A stretch of DNA of 32,000 nucleotides from Desulfatiglandaceae bacterium. GTDB lineage: Bacteria; Desulfobacterota; DSM-4660; Desulfatiglandales; Desulfatiglandaceae. Below the pieces are notes generated by a model that was not told where the DNA came from, did no database searches, and was given only the letters and a program-made list of their open reading frames with translations. The stretch's first letter is position 1. Each line of letters opens with the position of its first letter. This document shows positions 9,048 through 17,292 of the stretch, piece by piece. The stretch spans positions 39,814 through 71,813 of the forward strand of contig JBAPTR010000162.1 in assembly GCA_049282265.1 (NCBI GenBank), read 5' to 3'. The translations under genes and the position numbers were made by a program.

Positions 9048-9575
9048 ATGCCACAAGACAACATGCTGGAGGGCAAGAAAGTCCTCATTGTGGACGACGA
9101 ACCGGATGTGCTGGCCACGCTGGAAGAGCTGCTGTCCATGTGTGGAATCACAAGAGCCTCGAATTTCGAGGAGGCCAAAGCTCTCCTGGAGACCCGGGAA
9201 TTCCACGTGGCGGTTCTGGATATCATGGGAGTCGACGGATACGGGCTCCTGGAAATAGCACGGCAAAGAGGCATCCCTGCCGTGATGCTCACGGCCCATG
9301 CCTTTACACCGGACAACCTCGTCAAATCCATCAAGGAGGGAGCCGCCAGCTATATTCCCAAGGAGGAAATCGCAGGGATCGCGGATTTCCTGGTGGATGT
9401 GCTCAATGCGAAGGCCGCGAAAAAAGACCCCTGGGAGGCCTGGCAACGGAAGCTGCCCGCCTCCTACTTTGCGAGGAGATGGGGCGCCGCGTGGGACGGT
9501 GTTGATAAGGAATTCTGGGAAAAATTTAGAGCGGGTATAAAGGACAGAGGATCTAAGTCCAAAGAATCCGAATAA
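9048..9575 (+). CDS. stand-alone response-regulator receiver protein (CheY-like) with a short C-terminal extension
   Basis: KKVLIVDDEPDVL...VAVLDIMGVDGYGLL...VMLTAHAF...K are the receiver-domain acidic pocket, phospho-Asp and T/K positions. The ~55-aa tail shows no recognisable HTH. AGGAGA RBS. Confidence 0.85.
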   Translation: MPQDNMLEGKKVLIVDDEPDVLATLEELLSMCGITRASNFEEAKALLETREFHVAVLDIMGVDGYGLLEIARQRGIPAVMLTAHAFTPDNLVKSIKEGAASYIPKEEIAGIADFLVDVLNAKAAKKDPWEAWQRKLPASYFARRWGAAWDGVDKEFWEKFRAGIKDRGSKSKESE

Positions 9576-9602
9576 TAAAAGCAAATTGTAGGGAGGGATG
9601 AT

Positions 9603-11264
9603 GTGAAACCTATTCGTTATGATCAAGCACAGGTAGAACAATATTTGCAGCGCGGATATTGGGATAAAACGATTCTGCCTGATTACTGGGACAGGAATGC
9701 CAGGCTATGGCCCGACAGAGAGGGACTTGTGGACTCCACAGGCAGGAGGCTTACCTGGAAAGAAGCAGCGCTGAAAATAGACAGAATTGCCTTTGCTATA
9801 ATCAAAGACATGAAACTGAAAAGGGATGAAAGGCTGATGGTTCAGCTGCCCAACTGCGTGGAACAGGTTCTGGTACGCCTTGCCTGCGAAAAGGCAGGCG
9901 TCTTGTCTATTCCCGAAATGACGACCTTCCGTTTGACGGAGTTGAAAGACATTGCCGGTCGGACTGATGCCGCGGGTATTGTAATACCGAAAGTGTACCG
10001 AAAATTCAACCATTATGATATGGCGAAAGAACTCCAGGCCCATGTGCCAAGCCTCAAACATATTATAATTGCGGACGAGGACGTTCCCGAGGGCTGCATC
10101 TCTCTTCAAGAAATCATGAAACGCGCTTATGAGAAGCAATACGATCTCATTGAGCTCAAAGCAAGAAATCTTGATGCGATAGAAGAGATCGGGTTTCTGA
10201 TTACGACTACGGGGACCACTGGTCTTCCCAAGCTCATTGAACACCGGATTGCGGCCCGTGAGATATGGACAGCAAAATCACACGTGAGAAACTGGCAACT
10301 CGGTCCTGACGATTGTGTCCTCGCCATAGCGCCCCTGGCCGGGGCCGCAGGCGGCACACCTGCCTATGTTACCGCCCCGGTAGGCGGAGCCAAGATTGCG
10401 TTGGAGTATCAATATCGTGGTGAGGAAACTCTTGAATTCATGATGAAAGAAAAAGTCACGGTCATTGCCGTGGTCCCTACCCAATTGGCAAGGTTACTCG
10501 AGTTGCCACTGGTAAAATATGATTTATCATCCCTGCGCATCATAAAAACCGCCGGGGGATATTTGCCGCCGCCTTTGGCCAAAGAAGCCGAAGAACGTTT
10601 TGGCTGTCCCATACTCGGCACCTATGGTACGCAGGATACGGGTTCAATATCAGGCGTGCCCATAAATGCCTCCAAGGAACAGCGGTACACAACAGTAGGC
10701 AGATTGCACCCTGGAATTGAGATAAAAATTCTGGATGATTCCGGACACCCGGTGAAAAAGGGCGAGGTCGGGACCCTTTGGTTCATAGGTCCCGGAAACT
10801 CTATCGGCTACTACAGAGACCTTGAAAAAACAATGACCGAGGCATTTGATAAGGATGGCTTTGCCACTCCGGGTGACCTTGTCACACTATTGGACGATGG
10901 TTATCTCAAAATAATGGGGAGGAAAAAAAATATTATCATCCGGGGCGGACAGAATATCTACCCGAGAGAGATAGAGGACTACCTCGTCACCCATCCCGAC
11001 GTCACAAACGCCGCCGTAGTTCCCATGCCTGATCCGGAAATGGGTGAACGTGCTTGTGCCTTCATTACATTTAAAGAAGGGAAACAATTTACGTTTGAGG
11101 AGATGATTGAATTTCTGAAGGGCAAGAAAATCGCCCCGTTTAAATTGCCCGAGAGGTTGGAAGTCTTGGATGCCCTTCCTCTCGTGGGTGAAAGCGGAAA
11201 GATAGATAACAAGGCCATGGTTCAAATGATCACTCAAAAGCTCAAGTTGGAAGGGAGCCTATAA
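9603..11264 (+). CDS. AMP-forming aryl/acyl-CoA ligase (adenylate-forming superfamily)
   Basis: GTG start with GGGAGGG 5 nt upstream. It carries the P-loop-like TTTGTTGLPK, GTYGTQDTG, and GDL...GYLKIMGRKKNIIIRGGQNIYPREIE motifs. Confidence 0.85.
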   Translation: MKPIRYDQAQVEQYLQRGYWDKTILPDYWDRNARLWPDREGLVDSTGRRLTWKEAALKIDRIAFAIIKDMKLKRDERLMVQLPNCVEQVLVRLACEKAGVLSIPEMTTFRLTELKDIAGRTDAAGIVIPKVYRKFNHYDMAKELQAHVPSLKHIIIADEDVPEGCISLQEIMKRAYEKQYDLIELKARNLDAIEEIGFLITTTGTTGLPKLIEHRIAAREIWTAKSHVRNWQLGPDDCVLAIAPLAGAAGGTPAYVTAPVGGAKIALEYQYRGEETLEFMMKEKVTVIAVVPTQLARLLELPLVKYDLSSLRIIKTAGGYLPPPLAKEAEERFGCPILGTYGTQDTGSISGVPINASKEQRYTTVGRLHPGIEIKILDDSGHPVKKGEVGTLWFIGPGNSIGYYRDLEKTMTEAFDKDGFATPGDLVTLLDDGYLKIMGRKKNIIIRGGQNIYPREIEDYLVTHPDVTNAAVVPMPDPEMGERACAFITFKEGKQFTFEEMIEFLKGKKIAPFKLPERLEVLDALPLVGESGKIDNKAMVQMITQKLKLEGSL

Positions 11265-11316
11265 TTTCATCAGTCTGATGGACCAGGTGATTGTAGCGGA
11301 AATCACAGCATAAAAT

Positions 11317-12552
11317 ATGAGAAAAGATATCATCATTGCGGTTATGGCAGAGGAAAAGTGGGAAGAAGCGGAGTTCCTGCGCCGGCAAATTGAATCCTTC
11401 GGGCAAAGGGCCAGGATTATGGATATAAGTTTGCTGCAAGAACCCCCGGGGACCTGCCATATTGCCCGGGAAGAGGTTATCCGGGCCAGCGGCCGAATGC
11501 CTGACGAAGTGGCACTCGTATCGGATAGAGGGAAACGGATGCCCATCATGGTGGAAGGGGCCAGGAAAAAGGCACTCGATCTCTACTCCAAGGGAAATCT
11601 TGCGGGCATAATAGGCATAGGTGGAACTACAGGGACCCAAATGGGAACCGATATTATGAAGGTCCTCCCTTTTGGAGTCCCAAAATTGGCTGTTTCGAGC
11701 ACGGCATCAATTCCGGGACTTGCCACAAGATACATGGGGACAAAGGACATTACCCTCATGCACACGGTAGTGGAATTTACAGGGCTTAATGACTATATGA
11801 AAAATGTTCTGGCCAGGGCCGCCGGCGCTATTTGCGGAATGGTGGAAGGCTCTGCCCGTTTTCCCGTTTCCACGTCCAATAAGAGGGAAAGGCCCTTCAT
11901 TGCCATGACACAATTTGGGCCTTGCGAGGAATGTGCCGTAAACGTCAGGAAGCAGCTTGAACAGAAAGGCTACCAGATTGTGGCTTTTTCGGCCTCAGGT
12001 TCCGGCGACAGGGCCATGGAGGAAATGATAGAAAAACAGGATATGTTCCGTGCCGTAATCGATCTTGCCCCGGGTGGAGTGGGTGAAGAGCTGCTTGGTT
12101 TTGCAAGGGCGGCAGGTTCCACCCGATTGGAGGCCGCAGGCCAAAAAGGGATACCGCAAATTATCGCCACGAGCGGAGTCAATTTCGGCTCCCCATTCAA
12201 GCGAAGGTATAAGCCTGAATATGAATTTCGAAAAAAGTATGACTACGATGCAGCCCGCACCTTCATGAGGTTATCTCATGAAGAACTGACTCTGATCGCT
12301 CTCACCATTGCAGATAAGCTCAACAAGGCACAGGGTCCGGTAAAGGTAGTAGTCCCCATTGGTGGCTGGTCGTCGGTTGACAAGAGAGGATCTTCCTTCT
12401 ACGATGGAGTAGCAGACAGCGTATTCGTTAAGGCCCTTGAAAACCGACTGAGGCCGGATATCGAGATCACGAAAGTTGACGCAGACCTGGAAACTCCTGA
12501 ATTCGCCGGGGCGGTGGTAAACGCTGTTCTTGATATCTTGAGAAATAAATAG
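11317..12552 (+). CDS. UPF0261 / Tm-1-like ATP-binding domain protein (paralogue 2)
   Basis: 411 aa, colinear with 1847..3058. Its stop TAG (12550-12552) overlaps the GTG (12552) of the next gene as TAGTG. Confidence 0.7.
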   Translation: MRKDIIIAVMAEEKWEEAEFLRRQIESFGQRARIMDISLLQEPPGTCHIAREEVIRASGRMPDEVALVSDRGKRMPIMVEGARKKALDLYSKGNLAGIIGIGGTTGTQMGTDIMKVLPFGVPKLAVSSTASIPGLATRYMGTKDITLMHTVVEFTGLNDYMKNVLARAAGAICGMVEGSARFPVSTSNKRERPFIAMTQFGPCEECAVNVRKQLEQKGYQIVAFSASGSGDRAMEEMIEKQDMFRAVIDLAPGGVGEELLGFARAAGSTRLEAAGQKGIPQIIATSGVNFGSPFKRRYKPEYEFRKKYDYDAARTFMRLSHEELTLIALTIADKLNKAQGPVKVVVPIGGWSSVDKRGSSFYDGVADSVFVKALENRLRPDIEITKVDADLETPEFAGAVVNAVLDILRNK

Positions 12553-12947
12553 TGGAATTTACAATCACCACCAGCAAGGGACATTATGATCTGGAAGCAG
12601 CGGTCAGATCTGTCGGGAAAGATCTGCTTGTGGCTATCTGGGGCGGGGAGCAGCCCCACATCGGCGCGACGGCGGTTGCCCAGCCAAGACCGAGCCTGAA
12701 GGATCCCGAGAGGGTCAGCGCAACCGCATCGATATTCTGCCTTCTGGGACACAAGGAAGATGATCTCGCGAAGGCCGTGGCGGAGATCCTGGCGGCCGCT
12801 CTGAATACGACTGTGGTGGTAACCGCCGGCATTCACTGGGACAACCTGGATGCTGAAGGGATCAGCAGGGTCCTCCAAAACAGCGAGATTCTGGTTGACC
12901 TGATTCTGGAGCAAATCGGAACCCTATCCTCCCGTGACGCCGGATGA
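12552..12947 (+). CDS. LpdD-like small protein (putative prenylated-FMN chaperone / UbiD accessory subunit)
   Basis: 131 aa. The motifs LLVAIWGGEQPHIGATAV and VVVTAGIHWDNL match the GG..PHIG and TAGIH blocks I recall from Lactobacillus plantarum LpdD. It sits directly upstream of ubiX. Confidence 0.6.
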   Translation: MEFTITTSKGHYDLEAAVRSVGKDLLVAIWGGEQPHIGATAVAQPRPSLKDPERVSATASIFCLLGHKEDDLAKAVAEILAAALNTTVVVTAGIHWDNLDAEGISRVLQNSEILVDLILEQIGTLSSRDAG

Positions 12948-12969
12948 GAGGCGGAAAGGCGCTACACGC

Positions 12970-13542
12970 ATGACAAAACGAATCGTTATCGGCATCGCGG
13001 GGGCGAGCGGCGTGATTTACGGCGTCCGGATGCTCCGATTGCTCCAGGGCAAGGGTTTTGAAATCCATCTCATCGTATCCGAAGCCGGCGCAAGAAACCT
13101 TGAGATTGAAACCGGTTTTGACCTGGATCAGGTGAGGGCCCTGGCCGACCATGTGTACGATAATCGTGATATGGCCGCCTCCCTTGCGAGCGGTTCATTC
13201 CTCACGGAGGGAATGGTGGTCATTCCCTGCACAATCAAGACCCTGTCCGGGATCGCCAATTCCTATACGAACAACTTGATGGTAAGGGCCGCTGACGTGA
13301 CACTGAAAGAGAAACGAAAGCTGGTCCTGGTGGTCCGGGAAACCCCTCTTCACAAAGGACATTTGAGGTTAATGACCATGGCGGCTGATATGGGTGCTCA
13401 TATCCTGCCACCTGTCCCGTCTTTTTACCATAAACCCGAGACCATTGAAGACATCCTGGATCAGACCATCGGAAAGATTTTCGATTACCTCTCAATAGAT
13501 CATAATCTGTTCAAAAGGTGGCAGAGTGAAGGGCAGCGATAA
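12970..13542 (+). CDS. ubiX: flavin prenyltransferase UbiX
   Basis: MTKRIVIGIAGASGVIYGVRMLRLL...SGSF...IPCTIKTLSGIA...RAADVTLKEKRKLVLVVRETPLH.GHLR...PPVPSFYH is near-colinear with E. coli UbiX. An alternative GTG start at 12934 would overlap the LpdD-like stop. Confidence 0.92.
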   Translation: MTKRIVIGIAGASGVIYGVRMLRLLQGKGFEIHLIVSEAGARNLEIETGFDLDQVRALADHVYDNRDMAASLASGSFLTEGMVVIPCTIKTLSGIANSYTNNLMVRAADVTLKEKRKLVLVVRETPLHKGHLRLMTMAADMGAHILPPVPSFYHKPETIEDILDQTIGKIFDYLSIDHNLFKRWQSEGQR

Positions 13543-13604
13543 AAGGATTACTATTGCGTGTTTGTGATTTTTCGGCTTTGGGGAATCAGGAAAATGCGAT
13601 ACGC

Positions 13605-13938
13605 TCACATCGTGCTTTGACATTGGACTTTTTGACTGATCTCTTCTGCAGCCTGCCTTGTGCTCCTGATCACCATCTCCATTTTCTCCTCATTTACGCC
13701 TGTCTTGAATCCAACAGCCCAGATAGCGGATGGAATCTGATTCCAGCCCCTTATGGGCGCCGCCACGGCCCATACACCTGAAATATACTCCTCATAAATC
13801 AGTGGCGTATACCCTTTCCCTTGCCTGCGGTATCTCTTCAAAATATTGTTGTGGATTCGTTGTGCTATTCTCGGTGAAATGGGAAATTTCCATTTCCATG
13901 ATCATTTTTGTGCCATCGTTCATCTCGCTGAACATCAT
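13605..13938 (-). pseudogene. iclR remnant (internal deletion plus frameshift)
   Basis: The 78-aa ORF (..YEEYISGVWAVAAPIRGWNQIPSAIWAVGFKTGVNEEKMEMVIRSTRQAAEEISQKV) parallels the C-terminus of the intact IclR at 16303..17073. The remnant start codon (13916-13914) reads ATG GCA CAA AAA TGA. A 1-nt insertion (GATTTATGAGGAG vs GATTACGAGGAG) also breaks the frame. Confidence 0.75.
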
Positions 13939-14038
13939 TTGATTTTTCCATCCTTAAAGATCTACTATCAACAAGGCAAACAGTTACACCAGAATTGATA
14001 TAACATGTTATTATCCATATCTTTCATCGTTTTTTTGC

Positions 14039-14066
14039 TTGACACTATTTTTTCTTATGTTATCTT
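14039..14066 (+). promoter_or_regulatory. candidate promoter of metF (copy A)
   Basis: TTGACA, a 16-nt spacer ending in TGT, then TATCTT (extended -10-like). The same architecture is conserved in copy B. Confidence 0.4.
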
Positions 14067-14173
14067 ATGAATTATATGGTAGGTTCTTCATCCTGAACAG
14101 ACCAGATTATTACTCTTTTTCTACGGTCTTTATAAAGCTGACTTCAGCAAAAGCGGGGCGGAATGGATTACAG

Positions 14174-15109
14174 ATGATGGAGACAAAGACACCCAGTAAG
14201 CTGGAAAAAATCCTTGCGACAGGACATGTAGCCGTAACATCCGAATGCGGCCCTCCCAGGGGAAGTGATCCCGGAATCATTATCAAGAAGGCCGAATTGA
14301 TCAAGGACCATGTTGATGCCATTAATGTCACGGATAATCAGACAGCCATGACAAGGCTGTGCAGTCTGGCCTCAGTCGCTCACCTCAAGCTAATAGGCCT
14401 TGAGCCGGTCCTCCAGATGGTTGTGAGAGATCGGAATCGGATCGCACTCCAAAGCGATATCCTGGGGGCAGCCTCTTTTGACATTCATAATATGCTCTGT
14501 CTGTCCGGAGACCATCAAAAATTCGGCGACTGTCCTGACGCCCAGAATGTATATGACATCGATTCCATGCAGCTCATTCGCATGGCCAGGCACATGCGGG
14601 ATGAGGGAAAATTTGTGGGAGGAGATGAGATCAACCGACCACCCCGCATGTTCGTGGGTGCTGCGGCCAACCCTTTTGCCGACCCGTTTGAAATCCGCAT
14701 CCCTCGTCTCGCTAAGAAAATCGCGGCAGGGGCCGAGTTCATTCAAACCCAGTGTATCTATAATGTGGACAAATTTGAATTGTGGATGAAACAAGCGCGG
14801 GACCGGGGCCTCCACGAAAAGGTCTACATACTGGCAGGGATAACCCCGATAAGATCAGCCGGCATGGCAAGATACATGAAAAACCGCGTCCCCGGCATGG
14901 ATGTCCCGGATGAAACCATCAAGAGAATGAGCGGCGTATCTGCAAAGAAACAACCTGAGGAAGGGATTAATATTTGTGTGGAAACCATCCAAAGGCTGAA
15001 AGAGGTTGAAGGGGTCAGGGGGTTCCATATCATGGCAATAGAGTGGGAAGAAAAAGTCCCGGAGATCGTGGAAAGAAGCGGGCTTTATCCGAGACCGAAG
15101 ATAAGCTGA
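14174..15109 (+). CDS. metF: methylenetetrahydrofolate reductase, acetogen/anaerobe MetF type
   Basis: The start is set at ATG 14174 (MMETKTPSKLEKILATGHVAVTSECGPPRG...). The protein shows a MetF-like TIM-barrel pattern (INVTDNQ..., LCLSGDH, FVGAAANPF, GAEFIQTQ). The track's TTG 14039 extension is AT-rich promoter sequence. Confidence 0.8.
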   Translation: MMETKTPSKLEKILATGHVAVTSECGPPRGSDPGIIIKKAELIKDHVDAINVTDNQTAMTRLCSLASVAHLKLIGLEPVLQMVVRDRNRIALQSDILGAASFDIHNMLCLSGDHQKFGDCPDAQNVYDIDSMQLIRMARHMRDEGKFVGGDEINRPPRMFVGAAANPFADPFEIRIPRLAKKIAAGAEFIQTQCIYNVDKFELWMKQARDRGLHEKVYILAGITPIRSAGMARYMKNRVPGMDVPDETIKRMSGVSAKKQPEEGINICVETIQRLKEVEGVRGFHIMAIEWEEKVPEIVERSGLYPRPKIS

Positions 15110-15162
15110 ATTGTAATCCTCTAAAATTGTACGCGAATAGCGGTGGCAGGAGATGAAAACCC

Positions 15163-15549
15163 ATGTCCTATTTTGTGGTAAACGAAAACTGTAATGGATG
15201 CCTGGCGTGCGTGGAGAACTGTCCCGCAAACGCATTGAGATTTAAAGACACAGACGAAAACCGTACCATTTTGCATAATATGGCCAAATGCGTCAGGTGT
15301 GCCAATTGCTGGCGAGTCTGTCCTCAGCAGGCCATTGAATTCCAGCACTTTCTGGAAAACGAGTGGGACGAAGTCAAGTCCCTGGACCTGGTCCATTGCA
15401 GGGTTTGCGGTGAGCCCATTTACACCACAGACCTTGAAAAGACCTTGACCGGGAAAACAGGCAGTGAGATTGATGCCCTTTGCCCAAAACACAGGGAATT
15501 GGATTTCGCTGCCAGGCAGGCACTGGTCCCTTTCAGGAGGGCCGCATGA
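15163..15549 (+). CDS. 2x[4Fe-4S] ferredoxin-domain protein with a Cys-rich C-terminal extension
   Basis: CNGCLACVENCP and CVRCANCWRVCP motifs, then CRVCG...CPKH. AGGAGA RBS. Confidence 0.75.
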   Translation: MSYFVVNENCNGCLACVENCPANALRFKDTDENRTILHNMAKCVRCANCWRVCPQQAIEFQHFLENEWDEVKSLDLVHCRVCGEPIYTTDLEKTLTGKTGSEIDALCPKHRELDFAARQALVPFRRAA

Positions 15550-15562
15550 AGAGAGGTAAAAG

Positions 15563-16231
15563 ATGATCGTAGCTGATCTGAAACCTGTGGGTGAGATAGC
15601 CGAATCAATATCGCCATTTCAAAAAGTCTCCATAGTGGCCTGTGGAGGGTGTGTGTCCGTATGCCTCACCGGTGGCGCCAGTAGCGCCGATACCCTGGCA
15701 AGGGAACTCTCTCATCCCAGACATTACAAAGAGCGCCCGCCGATCCTCGCTACCACAACCATCCAGAGACAGTGTGAAAAAGATTTCGTTACGGCTTACC
15801 TCAACCTCCCCCGTGACACAGACGCCATTCTGTCAATGGCATGCGGTGCAGGAGTCCAGACCCTGGCTGAGATTTTCGGCAAGGTCCCTATTCTCCCGGC
15901 CCTCAATACCAGCTTCCTTGGATCGTTGGACGAGCCGGGGGTGTGGCGCGAAAAATGCCAGGGGTGTGGAAGCTGTGTGCTGGCCTTTACCGGGGGTATA
16001 TGCCCTGTTACCCGATGTGCCAAGCACCTCCTCAATGGTCCCTGCGGCGGTTCAAGTAACGGCAAGTGCGAAATAAGCAAAGACGTCGATTGTGCCTGGC
16101 AGTTGATCATAGACCGGCTCAAGGCACTCGGCAGACTCAATGACTATGAAAAAATCTTTCCCATCAAGGACTGGTCATCAGACCGGGGGGGAGGCCCCCG
16201 GTCAATGCAGTTCTCCAGTAAAAAAACCTGA
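15563..16231 (+). CDS. metV: MetV-like protein (methylenetetrahydrofolate reductase C-terminal domain family)
   Basis: CPVTRCAKHLLNGPCGGSSNGKCEISKDVDCAW matches the MTHFR_C/MetV signature (..NGPCGG...G.CE...). It follows metF, as in the MetFV systems of anaerobes. Confidence 0.75.
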   Translation: MIVADLKPVGEIAESISPFQKVSIVACGGCVSVCLTGGASSADTLARELSHPRHYKERPPILATTTIQRQCEKDFVTAYLNLPRDTDAILSMACGAGVQTLAEIFGKVPILPALNTSFLGSLDEPGVWREKCQGCGSCVLAFTGGICPVTRCAKHLLNGPCGGSSNGKCEISKDVDCAWQLIIDRLKALGRLNDYEKIFPIKDWSSDRGGGPRSMQFSSKKT

Positions 16232-16302
16232 TGGGTGGAGCATTTATAAAATCGGGGTAGCGCCAAAGTCTAAACCGGGAAATAAACAAGAAGGAAAGCC
16301 TG

Positions 16303-17073
16303 TTAGATTGTTCTTTGACATTCGACTTTTTGACTGATCTCTTCAGCTGCATGCTTTGTGTTCCTGATCAGCGTCTCCATTCCCTCTTCATTCTGGCCTG
16401 TCTTGAACCCAACGACCCAGATGGCTGATGGGACCTGCTTCCAGCCCCTTATGGGCGAAGCTACTGCCCATACGCCTGAAAGATACTCCTCGTAATCAGT
16501 GGCGTATCCCATCTGCCTTGCCTGCTTGATCTCTTCAATATAACGCTGTGGATCCGTTATGCTATTCTCGGTAAACTGGGGAATTTCATTTTCCATGATC
16601 ATTTCTCTGCATCGTTCCTCCTCCATTGACGCCAGTATTACCTTGCCGGCAGCCCCTGCAAAGAGTGGGATTCTCGATCCTTTCGGTGATGTGATATTGA
16701 GATCATGCCTTGAATCCACCACATCCAGGATCGTGATACGCCTTCCATTGAGCACGCCAATGTAAGTCGTTTCCCCGGTCTTCTCATTGAGTTCTTCCAG
16801 AATAGGCCTCGCCAGATCCTTGAGATCAATCTGGGAATAGGCCCGCCTGCCCAGTTCAAAGAGGGTCAATCCAAGGGTGAATTTTCTTGTTCTGGGGTCA
16901 CGCAAAATGGCCCCCAGTTCTTCCAATGCGGAAGCTACACCGTGGACTGTGCCTTTGCTCATCTCCAGTGCATTTGCCAGATCGCTGAGCCCTAATCCGT
17001 CGATTGACTTCGAGATGAGTTGCAAGATCTCAAAAGCCTTTCCTACCGCAGGAGCCTGATATTTTCGCGCCAT
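16303..17073 (-). CDS. IclR-family transcriptional regulator (intact copy)
   Basis: 256 aa with an N-terminal wHTH (AVGKAFEILQLISKS..GLGLSDLANALEMSKGTVHGVASALEE) and a C-terminal IclR effector domain. Confidence 0.9.
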   Translation of the reverse strand: MARKYQAPAVGKAFEILQLISKSIDGLGLSDLANALEMSKGTVHGVASALEELGAILRDPRTRKFTLGLTLFELGRRAYSQIDLKDLARPILEELNEKTGETTYIGVLNGRRITILDVVDSRHDLNITSPKGSRIPLFAGAAGKVILASMEEERCREMIMENEIPQFTENSITDPQRYIEEIKQARQMGYATDYEEYLSGVWAVASPIRGWKQVPSAIWVVGFKTGQNEEGMETLIRNTKHAAEEISQKVECQRTI

Positions 17074-17191
17074 TGTTCACCTCGCTGAACGTCTTACGTT
17101 TTTAAACCTTTAAGAAAATCCTGTCAACCAGGAAAATGGTCGTACCAAGAAATGATATAGCACCTTATAATTCAACGTTTCCATCACTTTT

Positions 17192-17219
17192 TTGACAATA
17201 TTTTCTTTTCTGCTATTGT
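17192..17219 (+). promoter_or_regulatory. candidate promoter (copy B), now positioned to drive the hdrA-like/AOR operon
   Basis: TTGACA, a 16-nt spacer ending in TGC, then TATTGT. Homologous to the copy A promoter. Confidence 0.4.
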
Positions 17220-17292
17220 GTGAATTATCTTATGAGTTCGTCATTCCGAACAAAGCAGATTATTGCTCTTTTTGGAGCCAACGGGATTGCAG

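Larger units (their letters stand above)
13605..14424. repeat. copy A of a duplicated iclR-promoter-metF module (about 80% identical by eye to copy B, 16303..17540)
   Basis: Direct nucleotide alignment with 16303-17540. It shares the same iclR 3' end, the same divergent promoter/leader and the same metF 5' end. Copy A lacks 461 bp of iclR. Confidence 0.8.

Noticed and set aside
9024-9641. 205-aa minus-strand ORF, and + strand ORFs 8942..9505 and 9298..9540
   Set aside because: All overlap the receiver-domain gene, whose frame shows unmistakable CheY-like motifs. The alternatives have no motif support.
12399-12914. 171-aa minus-strand ORF across the UPF0261/LpdD-like junction
   Set aside because: It is antisense to two motif-supported, translationally coupled genes and has no RBS.
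14039-14173. TTG-initiated 45-codon extension of metF in the ORF track
   Set aside because: The TTG is the TTGACA -35 hexamer of the predicted promoter. The extension is AT-rich and Phe/Leu/Tyr-rich, and is homologous to the non-coding leader of copy B.
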